A stretch of DNA of 47,718 nucleotides from Oligoflexia bacterium (GTDB taxonomy: Bacteria > Bdellovibrionota > UBA1018): NCBI GenBank assembly GCA_023700925.1, contig JAMPXZ010000002.1, forward strand, positions 1-47,718, in the 5' to 3' direction. The notes beneath the pieces are model-generated. The model was not told the DNA's origin, did no database searches, and was given only the letters and a program-made list of their open reading frames with translations. Position 1 is the stretch's first letter, and each line of letters starts with the position of its first letter. Both the position numbers and the translations under genes were made by a program. Below, one piece after another: positions 8,668 through 19,729 of the stretch.

Positions 8668-9327
8668 TTAGAACTTCATCTCCGGCACATCGGCGGGAAT
8701 CGTAAGTTTCGCGGCCGTCGCCTTGCGGATCTCCTCGGCCGTGATGCCCGGCGCGCGCTCGCGCAGGACGAGCCCCTCGCGCGTGACTTCGATCACGGCG
8801 AGCTCCGAGACGATCTTGTTGACGCAGCCGATGCCCGTCAAAGGCAGGGTGCACTTCGGAAGGATCTTGCTCGAGCCGTCCCTGGCCACGTGCTGCATGG
8901 CCACGACGACGTTCTTGGCGCCCGCGACGAGATCCATCGCGCCGCCCATCCCCTTGACCATCTTGCCGGGGACCATCCAGTTGGCGATGCTGCCGGTCTC
9001 ATCGACCTCCATCGCGCCCAGGATCGTCAGATCCACCTTGCCCGCGCGGATCATCGCGAAGGAGTCGGCGCTCGACATGTAGGCCGCGCCCGGGATGACC
9101 GTGACGGTCTCCTTGCCGGCGTTGATCAGGTCCGCGTCCACCTCGTCATCCATCGGATACGGGCCGGTGCCCAGAATCCCGTTCTCGCTCTGCAGGACGA
9201 CGGACATCCCGTGGGGAATGTAGTTCGCCACGAGGGTCGGAATCCCGATCCCGAGGTTCACGTAATAGCCGTCGCGCAGCTCGCGCGCGATTCGCTGGGC
9301 GATCTGTTCACGAGTGAGTGCTGGCAT
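8668..9327 (-). CDS. scoB: 3-oxoacid CoA-transferase subunit B
   Basis: [32 protein letters not shown]...LQSENGILG includes the SENG active-site Glu motif of family I CoA-transferase B subunits. Confidence 0.93.
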   Translation of the reverse strand: MPALTREQIAQRIARELRDGYYVNLGIGIPTLVANYIPHGMSVVLQSENGILGTGPYPMDDEVDADLINAGKETVTVIPGAAYMSSADSFAMIRAGKVDLTILGAMEVDETGSIANWMVPGKMVKGMGGAMDLVAGAKNVVVAMQHVARDGSSKILPKCTLPLTGIGCVNKIVSELAVIEVTREGLVLRERAPGITAEEIRKATAAKLTIPADVPEMKF

Positions 9328-9328
9328 C

Positions 9329-10036
9329 TTATTTCCCCCTCACGGTGCGGCGCTCGATGCGCTTCTGGTAGTTGGTTCCCTGGAAGATCCGTTTCACGTA
9401 GATCCCGGGAAGATGAATCTGATCCGGATCGAGCGCGCCGACCGGCACGAGCTCCTCGACCTCGGCAATCGTGATCCGCCCGGCCATCGCGCAGAGCGGA
9501 TTGAAGTTGCGCGCCGTCTTGCGGAAAACGAGGTTCCCCATCGCGTCCCCGCGCCAGGCCTTGACGATCGCGAAGTCCGCGGTCAGCGAGCGCTCGAGCA
9601 CGTACTTGCGTCCGTCGATCTCGCGCACTTCCTTGCCATCGGCCACGACCGTGCCAACGCCCGTCGCGGTGAAGAAAGCCGGAATGCCCGAGCCCCCCGC
9701 GCGTAATTTCTCGGCAAGCGTTCCCTGCGGAGTCATCTCCACCTGCAGCTCGCCCGAAAGCATCAGCGTCTCGAAGAGCTTGTTCTCGCCGACATAGCTC
9801 GAGATCATCTTCTTGACCTGACGCTTCTGCAGCATCAGCCCGATGCCGAAATCATCCACTCCCGCGTTGTTCGAAATGCAGGTGAGATCCTTGATCCCCT
9901 TTTCGACCAGCGCGGCAATGCAGTTTTCCGGAATTCCGCAGAGCCCGAACCCGCCGATGGCGAGCAGAGCGCCGCTGGGAATGTCCTTCACGGCTTCCCG
10001 GGCATCCTTAACGACCTTGTTTAGGCCTTGAGTCAT
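9329..10036 (-). CDS. scoA: 3-oxoacid CoA-transferase subunit A
   Basis: ATG 10036 gives [43 protein letters not shown]..., a typical subunit A N-terminus. Its stop lies 1 nt before the scoB start. Confidence 0.93.
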   Translation of the reverse strand: MTQGLNKVVKDAREAVKDIPSGALLAIGGFGLCGIPENCIAALVEKGIKDLTCISNNAGVDDFGIGLMLQKRQVKKMISSYVGENKLFETLMLSGELQVEMTPQGTLAEKLRAGGSGIPAFFTATGVGTVVADGKEVREIDGRKYVLERSLTADFAIVKAWRGDAMGNLVFRKTARNFNPLCAMAGRITIAEVEELVPVGALDPDQIHLPGIYVKRIFQGTNYQKRIERRTVRGK

Positions 10037-10138
10037 AGTTGTCTTCCCCCGAAATGGTGCTTGGAACCCCTTCATTTGCCACCAAAACCGCGTGAGGCGC
10101 AAGAGGCGCGTGCGCGAAACCGTGATTATGTTGGGAAA

Positions 10139-11074
10139 TTAAGTCCCAAGGTCCGCAAAGAGCGGCGTCGAAAGGTAACGCTCCCCGAACGAGGGAATGA
10201 TGACGACGAGAAGCTTGCCCGCGGACTCGGGCCTTTGAGCGACCTCGAGCGCGGCCCACATCGCCGCGCCCGAGGAGATCCCGCCCAGGATCCCCTCTTC
10301 GCGGGCCAGACGCCGGGCCGTCACGAACGCATCCTCGCTTTTCACGCGGATGACCTCGTCATAGATCGCCGTATTGAGCACCTCGGGAACGAAGCCCGCG
10401 CCGATCCCCTGAATCGGATGCGGCCCCTTCGCGCCGCCCGAGAGCACGGGCGAGGCATCCGGCTCGACCGCCACGCAGCGGAACGAAGGCTTGCGCGCCT
10501 TGAGCACCTCGCCCACTCCCGTGATCGTGCCGCCCGTACCGACGCCGGAGATCAGGATATCCACGCGGCCATCAGTGTCGCGCCAGATCTCCTCGGCCGT
10601 GGTCGCGCGATGCACGGCCGGATTGACGGCGTTACGGAACTGCTGAGGCATGAAGTACCGCTTCGGGTCCGAAGCCACGAGCTCTTCGGCTTTCTTGATC
10701 GCGCCCATCATCCCTTCGGGCCCCGGCGTGAGGATCAGCTCCGCGCCGTAAGCCCTGAGCAGCATCCGCCGCTCACGACTCATGGTCTCGGGCATCGTGA
10801 AAGCGCAGCGGTACCCGCGCGCCGCGCACACCATCGCAAGCGCGATCCCGGTATTGCCACTCGTCGGCTCGATGATGATCGTGTCGGGCCCGATGACGCC
10901 GGACTTTTCCGCCGCCTCGATCATGGCGAGGCCGATCCGGTCCTTCACGCTGTGAGCGGGGTTGAAAAACTCGAGCTTCGCCACGACCTCGGCCGCGCAC
11001 CCTCGCGCGAGGCGCTGAATCCTGACGAGCGGAGTGTTGCCGATGAGCTGCGTGATATCGGTCGCTATTTTCAT
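10139..11074 (-). CDS. cysK: Cysteine synthase A (O-acetylserine sulfhydrylase)
   Basis: [12 protein letters not shown]-lysine motif [21 protein letters not shown] and [11 protein letters not shown] 11074 has a GAGGA RBS; TTG 11089 is an alternative start. Confidence 0.95.
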   Translation of the reverse strand: MKIATDITQLIGNTPLVRIQRLARGCAAEVVAKLEFFNPAHSVKDRIGLAMIEAAEKSGVIGPDTIIIEPTSGNTGIALAMVCAARGYRCAFTMPETMSRERRMLLRAYGAELILTPGPEGMMGAIKKAEELVASDPKRYFMPQQFRNAVNPAVHRATTAEEIWRDTDGRVDILISGVGTGGTITGVGEVLKARKPSFRCVAVEPDASPVLSGGAKGPHPIQGIGAGFVPEVLNTAIYDEVIRVKSEDAFVTARRLAREEGILGGISSGAAMWAALEVAQRPESAGKLLVVIIPSFGERYLSTPLFADLGT

Positions 11075-11085
11075 ACGTCCTCGTT

Positions 11086-11844
11086 TCAAAGATCCTCAAA
11101 TCGGATGACGCCCGATTCGGCGCCGCGCCGGGGCTCTCGGCGCTTGGTCCCCTTGCGGCCCGGAGGAACCGGCGCCGCGGAGCCGCCTGTGCGCGCCTGC
11201 TCGGCCTCGAGCTTGCGAAAGTGTTTCAAAAACAGATTGCCTTCAGGGAGCGTGGCGAGGATCCTCCGCTCGGCTTCCATCGGAGCGAGCCGCTGCCCTT
11301 CCGCATAAAGCTCCTCGAAGATCACGCTCGTCGCGCCAACAGCGAGCGACGGAAAAGCTCCCTCATCCACCTCGCCGAACGCGACGATCAGCAGGCGCTG
11401 CCAGAGTTCGCGGAGCGCGCGCTCGTACACGGCCTCGTTCGCGCGCCCCTTGAGAGCCGAAAGCCGCTTGAGCTCCTTGGTCGAGAGCGGGGATTCCCCT
11501 TCGAGGATATCGAGAATCCGCCGAGCCGGGGCGCTCAGCGCCTCGCGCGCCACTCCCTCGGGATTCAAGCGCCGCAGCATCGCCACAAAAAGCGGTCGCG
11601 AGAAGTAAGTCGCTCGCCCACGGTACCACTTCGTATAGACAACCTTACGTGTCGTTGAGAGCTCGCCGCGCAGGTTCCAAAGGTCCGCCACCCCCTGATC
11701 CCCACTCTCGTCCCATTCCCACCGCATCTTCTTGCGCGGATGAAAATGGGACCACAGCGAAGCAGGCTCTTTACGGTTATCTATCGGAAACACCAGAAGA
11801 ATTCCGGATCGATCAATTGCGCTAATGGCTGATCTCGAGTTCAT
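11086..11844 (-). CDS. Conserved hypothetical protein with winged-helix-like segment (possibly AlkZ/YcaQ-related)
   Basis: Clean 252-aa ORF with typical codon bias. The segment [22 protein letters not shown] looks like a wHTH. Basic C-terminal tail. Only 11 nt upstream of cysK. The family assignment is tentative. Confidence 0.55.
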   Translation of the reverse strand: MNSRSAISAIDRSGILLVFPIDNRKEPASLWSHFHPRKKMRWEWDESGDQGVADLWNLRGELSTTRKVVYTKWYRGRATYFSRPLFVAMLRRLNPEGVAREALSAPARRILDILEGESPLSTKELKRLSALKGRANEAVYERALRELWQRLLIVAFGEVDEGAFPSLAVGATSVIFEELYAEGQRLAPMEAERRILATLPEGNLFLKHFRKLEAEQARTGGSAAPVPPGRKGTKRREPRRGAESGVIRFEDL

Positions 11845-11926
11845 GAGTCGACGGCTTCCCCCACTTGGACTGCTTATCTAAATCCTGAAAGCAAGCCAAG
11901 AGCCGCCCCATCCCTGATCAAACAGG

Positions 11927-11955
11927 TTGACCATATTGACGCACCACACTATATC
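11927..11955 (+). promoter_or_regulatory. Sigma70-like promoter for the 11991-14193 operon
   Basis: TTGACC (11927-11932), a 17-nt spacer, then TATATC (11950-11955). It lies ~35 nt upstream of the AGGAG RBS and ATG 11991. Confidence 0.4.
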
Positions 11956-11990
11956 AGTGCTCGTCACCTTCCAACAAACAGGAGCCCCCC

Positions 11991-12482
11991 ATGCGCCTCG
12001 CCCGAGGAATGATTGTCGCCCTAGCCGCCCTTTGGGTCATGTCAGCAGCCCGTGCCGAAACGGTCAAAATGGATCTGAATGAGATCCAGGCCTACCTCGA
12101 TTCGGTCAAGGCCACCGGCAACTGCCTGGTCGAGACCCGGCGCTACCAGAATGAGTTTCATTGGGAGCGCCTTTCCGTAAAACTCACCGACCGTTCAACC
12201 AGCGACAGCGCTGCGGCCCAGCTCAGCGACGCCACTCTGTCGGGAAGCACGGTGGATCTCAGCCAGGCCAAGCTCAAGCGCCAGCCGGTCCAGGTCTTCA
12301 CGTACACGAAGAGCTACCTGCAGTCCCAGCTCTCGAATCTTCGCGACTTCGTCACCGTGCAGCTCGTCACCACCGCCGACAACATGCTAGTGCGCGCCAG
12401 CATCATCGAAGAGAGCGAGGAACGGGGCTGGTTTAGCGTGAAGACCAAGGTGATCTCCCGTTTTGTCTGCGAAAACCGCTGA
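11991..12482 (+). CDS. Hypothetical secreted protein
   Basis: AGGAG RBS. Signal peptide MRLARGMIVALAALWVMSAARA. No recognisable domain. Confidence 0.7.
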   Translation: MRLARGMIVALAALWVMSAARAETVKMDLNEIQAYLDSVKATGNCLVETRRYQNEFHWERLSVKLTDRSTSDSAAAQLSDATLSGSTVDLSQAKLKRQPVQVFTYTKSYLQSQLSNLRDFVTVQLVTTADNMLVRASIIEESEERGWFSVKTKVISRFVCENR

Positions 12483-12504
12483 CTCCTTTGAAAGGAACCG
12501 CCCC

Positions 12505-13539
12505 ATGAGAACAAGGACCCTGGCCCTGCTCGCCCTGACCTCTTCCGCCCTCGCCCTCGTCGCCTGCAACAACGAGGAGGCGGCCAAGCTGACTGAAGCG
12601 CGCCTCAGCGAGGTCGGCGTTCACGTGAAAATCGATCCCACTCTCGCTCCCCCGATGATGGAGCTGCTGGCGAACGACTTCATCACCCTCACTCGAACGC
12701 AGGACCAGATCGCGCGGGCCGACAGCCGCGCCAGGGAAATCTTCAGCACCCACGAAGGCGGCACCGTCCTCAAGTACCTCAACACGCGCCTGCGCTACTT
12801 CATGCCGGCGGCCTCGGACGAGTTCCTCCTTCAGCGCTGCACCCTTCCACGCGAGCTGCGGTACTCGGACTTCCTGGGCGGGGAGGAAGAACCGAGCGGA
12901 ATGCTCACGGCCGCCGCGAAATCCGAAATGGGCGCCGCGAACATCGGCGCCGCCGTCTGGCTGCTGGCGGTGGTCAACGACCTCCAGGTTTCCTGTCGGA
13001 TCGGTGATACCGAGTTTCCGGTCGACGGCACCCGCGCCGGCCTGATGATGTTCGGGCCCGGCTACAAGGCCGCGGAGAAGATCATCGGCCCGCTGAAGAT
13101 CAAGCTTCCCCCCGAGTATCGCCAGGCGATCCTCGTGCATGAGGCGCGGCACTCGGACTGCCCGAGCGGCCTGACCGAAGATGACATCGCGGTCGCGCGC
13201 GCTTCGCGCAACGGCTCGGAGTTCGACCGCAACTACGCCGGCCGCCAGTGCGGCCACCTCCACAAGCTCTGCCCCGCCGGCCACAGCCTCGAAGGCATTG
13301 CCGCCTGCGATGACGTCGTATACGGCGCCTACTACATGGGCGCGGTGTTCTCGGCCGCGGCCGCGAGCTACCTGGGGGACACCGATGACGGGAGGAGCGG
13401 GATCATCAGCAAGGCGAGCATCATGAGCGCGTCGGCCGCGGACTCGTTCGGACGCCTTCTCGTTGACGCGGAGAACGGCAAGCTCGAGCTCGGCAGTACG
13501 AGCGAGGTGCGCCCGGCCCACGGCTCCCGGGAGCGCTGA
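12505..13539 (+). CDS. Lipoprotein with HExxH motif (putative zinc metalloprotease)
   Basis: ATG 12505 gives MRTRTLALLALTSSALALVAC, which has a canonical LVAC lipobox. HEARH lies at 13138-13152 in the context ILVHEARHSDC. The downstream region is Cys-rich. Confidence 0.7.
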   Translation: MRTRTLALLALTSSALALVACNNEEAAKLTEARLSEVGVHVKIDPTLAPPMMELLANDFITLTRTQDQIARADSRAREIFSTHEGGTVLKYLNTRLRYFMPAASDEFLLQRCTLPRELRYSDFLGGEEEPSGMLTAAAKSEMGAANIGAAVWLLAVVNDLQVSCRIGDTEFPVDGTRAGLMMFGPGYKAAEKIIGPLKIKLPPEYRQAILVHEARHSDCPSGLTEDDIAVARASRNGSEFDRNYAGRQCGHLHKLCPAGHSLEGIAACDDVVYGAYYMGAVFSAAAASYLGDTDDGRSGIISKASIMSASAADSFGRLLVDAENGKLELGSTSEVRPAHGSRER

Positions 13540-13542
13540 GCG

Positions 13543-14193
13543 ATGCGTCTGAACAAGAAGGTCCTCGGGGTGGCCCTGCTCCTTGCCGCTTCCGTCGCGG
13601 TCGCGATCGCGATTGCCGTGTACCTCGGGACCCGAAGCGCGGACACGGTTCCCCCCGAAAACGCCGGCACCACCACGGCCACGCCGGGAGACACTTCGGC
13701 GCCTACCGGGACGGCCAGTTCCACGGGGGCCGTTGGCGCCCATAGTGCGGCAGTTGCCCCGAGCGGCGCGAGCGACTCGCCCCGCGAGGACATCACGATG
13801 GCCGAGGCCGAGGCGCTCTTCCGCACCCCGCTTCGTTCGCCCTCGCTCGGCACGATCCGAGAGGAAACGGCCCGAGACCCGCACGTGACGCCGCCGACGC
13901 TGCTTTCCTTTGGAGCGGAGCTCGGTGCGCGGCTCACGGTCGCCGCCCAGTCCGAGGCCAAAGGCCTGGAGTTCCTCGATCAGCTCCAGGAGTGCGTGAC
14001 AACGAACGCCGAAGCCCGGACCGCGCCCGCGGCCCAGGCGATGTGCCTGATTCACGGCAAGTGGCTCACGCAGCGCCAGCCCGGACTCAAGGGGAAGTTC
14101 GAGGAGCTGCGCGCGCAGGCCGGACCGGAGGCGCAGTCGATCTTCCGCATGATGACCGCGGGCGTCAGCGGCCCGACCGGCAACGGGCCTTGA
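13543..14193 (+). CDS. Hypothetical membrane-anchored protein with Thr/Ala/Pro/Ser-rich linker
   Basis: N-terminal anchor [28 protein letters not shown], then a low-complexity linker, then a ~130-aa C-terminal domain. Starts 4 nt after the previous stop. Confidence 0.65.
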   Translation: MRLNKKVLGVALLLAASVAVAIAIAVYLGTRSADTVPPENAGTTTATPGDTSAPTGTASSTGAVGAHSAAVAPSGASDSPREDITMAEAEALFRTPLRSPSLGTIREETARDPHVTPPTLLSFGAELGARLTVAAQSEAKGLEFLDQLQECVTTNAEARTAPAAQAMCLIHGKWLTQRQPGLKGKFEELRAQAGPEAQSIFRMMTAGVSGPTGNGP

Positions 14194-14224
14194 GTTTCGC
14201 GCGCGGGTCAATTACCTGTCAGTA

Positions 14225-16750
14225 ATGCCCGCAGCCGACTGGCCCCTGCAAAAACGACTCGCGTCCGGCCCCGATGGCGGCCCGGATCTTTTGGACCGTT
14301 TCCTCGACTACGTTCGCGAGAAAGGCCTGGAGCTCTACCCCGCGCAGGAAGAGGCGATCCTCGAGCTCTACTCCGGCAAGAACGTCATCCTGAATACCCC
14401 GACGGGTTCCGGAAAGTCGCTCGTCGCGACCGCGCTGCATTTCGAGGGCCTCGCCCAGGGGCGACGCTCCGTTTACACCTGCCCGATCAAGGCCCTGGTG
14501 AACGAAAAATTCCTGCAGCTCTGCCGCGATTTCGGCCCCGAACAGGTCGGGATGATCACGGGCGACGCCTCGGTCAATCCCGGCGCTCCCATCATCTGCT
14601 GCACGGCCGAGATTCTCGCCAACGACGCCCTCAGGCACGGCGCCGACGCCCCCGTGGAAGACGCGATCCTCGACGAGTTCCACTTCTATGCCGACCGCGA
14701 GCGCGGAGTGGCCTGGCAGCTCCCGCTGCTCGCGCTGAAGAAGACGCGCTTTCTGCTGATGTCAGCGACCCTGGGCGATACCGAGCGTTTCGAGAAGGCC
14801 CTGACCGCGCTCAACGGACGCGAAACCGTCGTCGTGCGTTCGGGCGAGCGTCCCGTGCCGCTCGACTTCGAATACCGCGAGACTCCGCTCCACGAGACGA
14901 TCACCGATCTCGTCGTGCGTGGGCTTTCTCCAGTTTATCTCGTCAACTTCACCCAGCGCGAATGCGCCGAGCAGGCGCAGAACCTGCTCTCGACCGACTT
15001 CTGCACCAAGGACGAGAAGCGCGCGATCACGGAGGCCCTTTACGGTTCGCGTTTTTCGAGCCCCTACGGCCACGACGTGCAAAAACTCCTCAAGCACGGC
15101 GTGGGGATCCATCACGCGGGCCTTTTGCCCCGTTACCGCGTGCTCGTTGAGAAGCTGGCCCAGAAGGGCCTGCTCAAGGTCATCTGCGGAACCGACACGC
15201 TGGGGGTCGGCGTCAACGTCCCGATTCGTACCGTCCTTTTCACCAAGCTCTGCAAGTTCGACGGCGAGAAGACGACGATCCTGAGCGTCCGCGACTTCCA
15301 GCAGATCGCCGGCCGCGCGGGACGCCGCGGCTTTGACACGCGCGGCGCGGTGGTTGTCCAGGCGCCCGAGCACGTGATCGAAAATCTCCGGATGGAGCAG
15401 AAGGCGGGCGGAGACGCGAAGAAGCTTCGCAAATTCGTCAAACGCAAGCCTCCCGAGAAGGGCTTCCTTCCGTGGAACCTCGAGACCTTCCAGCGCCTGA
15501 GTCAGGGCCAGCCCGAGGCGCTCGTCTCGCGGTTTCGCGTGAGCCACGGAATGCTCCTCCAGGTCCTCGGCCGCGAGAACGAGGATGGCTGCCGCGCCAT
15601 GCGCGAGCTGATCCGCGCTTCCCATGAGGGGCCGGGAAGCCAGAAGAGCCTGCGCAGAACGGCCTTTCAGCTCTTCCGCTCCCTGGTCGAAAAAAAGATC
15701 ATCACGCTCGGCCCCCTGCGCGTGAACGTGGACCTGCAGGAGGACTTCTCCCTCAATCATGCCCTATCGCTTTACCTCGTCGACACGCTGGAGCGGCTCG
15801 ACCCGGAGTCGCCCGACTACGCCCTGAACGCCCTCACGCTCGTCGAGTCCATCCTCGAGAACCCCGAACTGGTGCTCCGCAAGCAGCTCGATCGGCTCAA
15901 AGGCGAGAAGGTCCGCGAGCTCAAGGAGCTCGGCATGGAATACGAGGAGCGGATGGAGGAGCTCGAAAAGCTCGAGTACCCCAAGCCCAACCGCGATTTC
16001 ATCTACGCCACCTTCAACGAGTTCGCCGCCAGGCACCCTTGGGTCGGCCAGGAAAACATCCGGCCCAAATCCATCGCGCGGGAGATGTACGAGAATTTCC
16101 AGGGTTTCGGCGAATACATCCGCGACTACGAGCTCCAGCGCGCCGAAGGATTGCTCCTGCGCTACCTCTCGGATGTTTACAAAACGCTGGTCCAGACCGT
16201 GCCCGATTACGCGAAGAACGAGGAGCTCTTCGCGATGATCGACTACTTCGGGTCGATGCTGCGCACGGTGGACTCGAGCCTCCTGGACGAATGGGAAAAG
16301 CTCCGTGATCCTTTGGCCGCGCTGGCGCCGCGGGAGGAGACCCCACCCGACCACGGCGGCAAAGCCCCGAAGCAGAACCGCAAAGCCTTCACGATCCAGC
16401 TTCGCAACGAGATTTTCCGTTTCCTGCGCGCCCTTTCCTGCCGCGACTTCGCGCTCGCCGCGACCTGGCTGCTCCCGCCCCAGGACGAACCCGAATGGAA
16501 CGCCGAGCGCCTCGAACGGACGCTCAAGGAGTATGAACGCGAGCACGGGCGGCTGCGGACCGACACGCCCGCGCGCGGCGGCCAACACACCCAGATCGAC
16601 TCCTCCGCTCCCGCGGAATGGATCGTCACTCAGACCCTCGTGGATGCCGAAGGCCATAATGACTGGGAGGCCGTCTTCGGCTGCTCGCCGGACAAGCCGG
16701 GTTTGAGGCTCATCGCCCTCGGTCCGATCGGCGCCGCTGCGCCCCTATGA
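14225..16750 (+). CDS. DEAD/DEAH-box (Ski2-like) helicase with long C-terminal extension (DUF3516-type architecture)
   Basis: Walker [14 protein letters not shown] box, MSATL (SAT), HHAGL and motif [12 protein letters not shown]. The ~400-aa C-terminal region is as in DUF3516 helicases. Confidence 0.88.
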   Translation: MPAADWPLQKRLASGPDGGPDLLDRFLDYVREKGLELYPAQEEAILELYSGKNVILNTPTGSGKSLVATALHFEGLAQGRRSVYTCPIKALVNEKFLQLCRDFGPEQVGMITGDASVNPGAPIICCTAEILANDALRHGADAPVEDAILDEFHFYADRERGVAWQLPLLALKKTRFLLMSATLGDTERFEKALTALNGRETVVVRSGERPVPLDFEYRETPLHETITDLVVRGLSPVYLVNFTQRECAEQAQNLLSTDFCTKDEKRAITEALYGSRFSSPYGHDVQKLLKHGVGIHHAGLLPRYRVLVEKLAQKGLLKVICGTDTLGVGVNVPIRTVLFTKLCKFDGEKTTILSVRDFQQIAGRAGRRGFDTRGAVVVQAPEHVIENLRMEQKAGGDAKKLRKFVKRKPPEKGFLPWNLETFQRLSQGQPEALVSRFRVSHGMLLQVLGRENEDGCRAMRELIRASHEGPGSQKSLRRTAFQLFRSLVEKKIITLGPLRVNVDLQEDFSLNHALSLYLVDTLERLDPESPDYALNALTLVESILENPELVLRKQLDRLKGEKVRELKELGMEYEERMEELEKLEYPKPNRDFIYATFNEFAARHPWVGQENIRPKSIAREMYENFQGFGEYIRDYELQRAEGLLLRYLSDVYKTLVQTVPDYAKNEELFAMIDYFGSMLRTVDSSLLDEWEKLRDPLAALAPREETPPDHGGKAPKQNRKAFTIQLRNEIFRFLRALSCRDFALAATWLLPPQDEPEWNAERLERTLKEYEREHGRLRTDTPARGGQHTQIDSSAPAEWIVTQTLVDAEGHNDWEAVFGCSPDKPGLRLIALGPIGAAAPL

Positions 16751-17896
16751 AGTCGCGGCGAGGCAGGACTCTTCCGGCACCACATCCGCCGCGGGAGCGC
16801 CGTACCGCGGCAGGGTGAACGAAAAGATGCTTCCCCCCTCCGGGCGGCTGTCCACCCAGATGCTTCCGCCATGGGCCTCGACGATCCCCTTGGCGATGTA
16901 GAGACCGAGCCCGGTTCCATGACCAGGGCGATTCCCCCGCTGCCAGTAGCGTTCGAACACCAGGGGCCTGAGATCCTCTGGAATGCCCGCTCCGCGATCG
17001 ATGACCCGGAACAGCACCGTGCTCCTGAGCTCCACCACCTCGATCGAGACGACTGAATCCGTGGGCGAGAACTTGATGGCGTTACCGACCAGGTTGCAGA
17101 GCACCTGACACAGACGATGAGAGTCGCAAAGGAGAGTGGGCTCCGCCTCGGGTGGGCGGACCTCGAACGTGACCCGTCTTTCACTCGCCGCAGGTTCAAG
17201 GAGCTCGAGCGCTTCGCGAAGGATGCCACCCGCCTCGGTTTTCTCAGGCTCAACCGTAAGCTGCCCCGCTTCAAGGCGCGAGGCATCGAGCAGATCACCC
17301 ACGAGCCGATCCATCTGGTCGGCTGCCCGACGCATCAGCTCGGCTGAGCGAAGCACCGGCTCGCAGTCCTCCTTGCCCGCAACCGCCCGAGCGGTCATCA
17401 CCGAGTTCATCTTGATGACGCTGAGAGGGTTTCGGAGGTCATGCGAAACCAGGGCGAGCATCTCTTCGCGCGTCCGGATCGCCTCGCGCAGGGCCGCTTC
17501 GGCCTCCTTGCGCGCGGTAATATCGATATTCACCCCACGCATGCCGATCGGACGCCCCCTCCGGTCGAGCACCACCTGGCAGCAGGCTTCGACCCAGATG
17601 ACCCGGCCCCCCTTGGCGATCCAGCGGAACTGGACGACGCCGCCCTTGCCGCCCCGGAGCACGGCCTCCAGCTCCCGGAGGGCGCGTCGCCGATCCGCAG
17701 GATGCAGGATCCGAAGCCAGAAATCCCTGTGAGAGAGCCATTCCTCCTCTCCATAGCCGAGCATCTGATAGGTATAGCGGCTGAGGAAATCCTTGCGGCC
17801 CTGCTCCTCGTCAGGCTCCAGCCACTTTTGCCAGATGATTCCCGGAATGCTGGAGATGAGCTCGTCGACCTCGCTTTGAGATTTCGGTAAAACCAC
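16745..17896 (-). CDS. Soluble PAS-domain sensor histidine kinase
   Basis: GTG start. PAS-like N-terminus ([15 protein letters not shown]...[10 protein letters not shown]). H-box [13 protein letters not shown] box [10 protein letters not shown] boxes DRGAGIP and [18 protein letters not shown]. No TM segment. Confidence 0.9.
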   Translation of the reverse strand: MVLPKSQSEVDELISSIPGIIWQKWLEPDEEQGRKDFLSRYTYQMLGYGEEEWLSHRDFWLRILHPADRRRALRELEAVLRGGKGGVVQFRWIAKGGRVIWVEACCQVVLDRRGRPIGMRGVNIDITARKEAEAALREAIRTREEMLALVSHDLRNPLSVIKMNSVMTARAVAGKEDCEPVLRSAELMRRAADQMDRLVGDLLDASRLEAGQLTVEPEKTEAGGILREALELLEPAASERRVTFEVRPPEAEPTLLCDSHRLCQVLCNLVGNAIKFSPTDSVVSIEVVELRSTVLFRVIDRGAGIPEDLRPLVFERYWQRGNRPGHGTGLGLYIAKGIVEAHGGSIWVDSRPEGGSIFSFTLPRYGAPAADVVPEESCLAATS

Positions 17897-18014
17897 TTCT
17901 CACTCCCTTCAAGTCAATCCCCCGGTTCTATGACGCGTGTCATCCCTACCCTTTGACGGCCGGCTGGTCCAGCAAAAAGTTGCCATGGCCTCCGGTACAC
18001 ATTAGAAAAGCGGT

Positions 18015-19085
18015 ATGAAACGTCTCGTCCTTCTCTTACTGCTCATGGGCGCCCCCGCTGTCGCGGCGCCCCCTCCCTCCCCGCAGCTACCCGATCTCGT
18101 TGAGAACATCCTCCCGGGCGTCGTCAACATCAGCTCGATCACGGTGCTCTCGCAGCCGGCTTTCGGAATGGAAGAATTCCTCCTGTTCTGGGGCCTGCCG
18201 CAGGAACGCAGGCAGACCCAAACGTCCCTCGGAACCGGGTTCATCATCGACAAGGACGGCTTCGTCATCACCAACGCGCACGTGATCCAACATGCGACCG
18301 AGGTGAACGTCACCTTGCTCGACAAGCGGCAGTTCCGGGCACGGATCGTGGGCCAGGACCAGAAGATGGATCTCGCGTTGCTGCAGCTCCGGGACAAGGA
18401 GCGAAAGATTCCCGAAAAACTCGTCCCGGTACCGCTCGGAGACTCCGATCGCGTCCGGATCGCCGAGCCCGTTTTTGCCGTCGGCAACCCCTTCGGCCTG
18501 CAGCACACTGTCACCACTGGCATCATCAGCGCGAAGAACCGCACGATCGGCCAGGGACCGTTCGACAACTTCCTGCAGACCGATGCGTCGATCAACCCGG
18601 GCAACTCGGGCGGCCCGCTCTTCAACCTTAGCGGCGAGGTTGTCGGGATCAATACCGTGATTTTTTCACGGACCGGCCAAAGCGGAGGTCTGGGCTTTGC
18701 CATCCCCGTTAACGAGGCCAAGCGCCTGTTGCCGGATCTCAAGCGTTATGGCCGCGTACCACGCCCTTGGCTCGGGATACTGGGCGAAAAGATCAGCGAG
18801 CCGATGGCGGCCCACTACGACCTGCCCGTTTCCAAAGGAGTCCTGGTCTACAATCTCGTCAACGGTGGCCCGGCTGATCGCGCGGGTCTCCGTCGTGGGG
18901 ATATCGTGGTCACGATCGACGGGACCGAGGTCGAGGAATCTTTTGACATCGAGCGCAGCCTGGCCAAGCGCCGGCCTACCGACACGATTGTACTGAAAGT
19001 CCGGCGCGCCTCACGGACGCTGAACGTCAAGATGAAGCTCGAGGAGCTTCCTCGCCTGGAGACTGTTCCAAGAGGGATTTTATAA
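18015..19085 (+). CDS. htrA: HtrA/DegP-family periplasmic serine protease with one PDZ domain
   Basis: Signal peptide MKRLVLLLLLMGAPAVAA. Triad His ITNAHVI, Asp MDLALLQL, Ser GNSGGPL. C-terminal PDZ-like [20 protein letters not shown]. Confidence 0.93.
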   Translation: MKRLVLLLLLMGAPAVAAPPPSPQLPDLVENILPGVVNISSITVLSQPAFGMEEFLLFWGLPQERRQTQTSLGTGFIIDKDGFVITNAHVIQHATEVNVTLLDKRQFRARIVGQDQKMDLALLQLRDKERKIPEKLVPVPLGDSDRVRIAEPVFAVGNPFGLQHTVTTGIISAKNRTIGQGPFDNFLQTDASINPGNSGGPLFNLSGEVVGINTVIFSRTGQSGGLGFAIPVNEAKRLLPDLKRYGRVPRPWLGILGEKISEPMAAHYDLPVSKGVLVYNLVNGGPADRAGLRRGDIVVTIDGTEVEESFDIERSLAKRRPTDTIVLKVRRASRTLNVKMKLEELPRLETVPRGIL

Positions 19086-19699
19086 TGGAAAGCCGGAAAG
19101 CATCGCCGGGCCGCTGGAGCCCGTTGCCGTTGGATTATCTCAAGATGGTCAGCGAGGTCTTCGCGACCAACTTCGACGAGGGGCTTCGGGCCTTCGCCAA
19201 GGTGGGACGGGGCAAGCCGAGATTCGAGGCCTCGGGCAAGATCTTCATCAACGAGATCCAGCTCTGCATCTCGCTCCTGCGCGAGGGCCAGCTCTCGGCG
19301 ACGAGCGTCTACGCGAGCTGCGACTATGATCCGCGCGCCAGCGCGCCGACGATCGAGGAGCTCCTCGCCGCCTGCGTGGACGCGGCGGGCTCGCTCTTCC
19401 AACAGCTCCTCGTCCCCGGCGATAAAAAACGCCTCGAACAGCTCGCGGACGAATCGCTCTCGTCCCTCGACAAGGTGCCGTTTGACTGGACGTTGATCCA
19501 GATCGAAAAGCACAAGATCTACCTCAAGATCGACAAGGCGAACCCTTCACTCGATCAGCTGACCGACGAGTGGCTCGCCAAGAATGATCCGCAGCTCAAG
19601 AGGCGCGCCCAAGACGAGGAAGAGGCCACCCAGGACCGCTTCTTCACCGGTCCCAAGAATGTGGGCACGAAAAAACCGGGCGACGACGATTTGCACTGA
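19085..19699 (+). CDS. Hypothetical cytoplasmic protein
   Basis: The ATG overlaps the htrA TAA by 1 nt (TAATG). 204 aa with an acidic C-terminus, no signal peptide and no recognisable motif. Confidence 0.6.
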   Translation: MESRKASPGRWSPLPLDYLKMVSEVFATNFDEGLRAFAKVGRGKPRFEASGKIFINEIQLCISLLREGQLSATSVYASCDYDPRASAPTIEELLAACVDAAGSLFQQLLVPGDKKRLEQLADESLSSLDKVPFDWTLIQIEKHKIYLKIDKANPSLDQLTDEWLAKNDPQLKRRAQDEEEATQDRFFTGPKNVGTKKPGDDDLH

Positions 19700-19713
19700 G
19701 CGACGGCCGTCGC
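19700..19713. terminator. Perfect 14-bp GC palindrome between convergent genes (possible bidirectional terminator)
   Basis: gcgacggccgtcgc lies immediately after the stop at 19699 and 17 nt before the convergent stop at 19730. Confidence 0.3.
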
Positions 19714-19729
19714 CGGAACCGCGAGCCGT

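Noticed and set aside
10028-11308. 426-aa ORF on the plus strand
   Set aside because: It lies antisense to cysK, which has clear PLP-enzyme motifs. It is a shadow ORF.
12433-14211. 592-aa ORF on the minus strand spanning two plus-strand genes
   Set aside because: The translation is Arg/Gly/Ala-rich with runs such as RGRGGAG and RRRRH, and it has no motifs. The plus-strand ORFs have export signals, a lipobox, an HExxH motif and proper RBS spacing. This is the typical antisense shadow ORF of a high-GC genome.
17950-18010. Possible sigma70 promoter TTGCCA-N17-TAGAAA in front of htrA
   Set aside because: The -10 hexamer would end only ~8 nt before the ATG, leaving no room for a leader or RBS. 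I could not find a sigmaE-type GGAACTT/TCAAA promoter either, so I left this unannotated.
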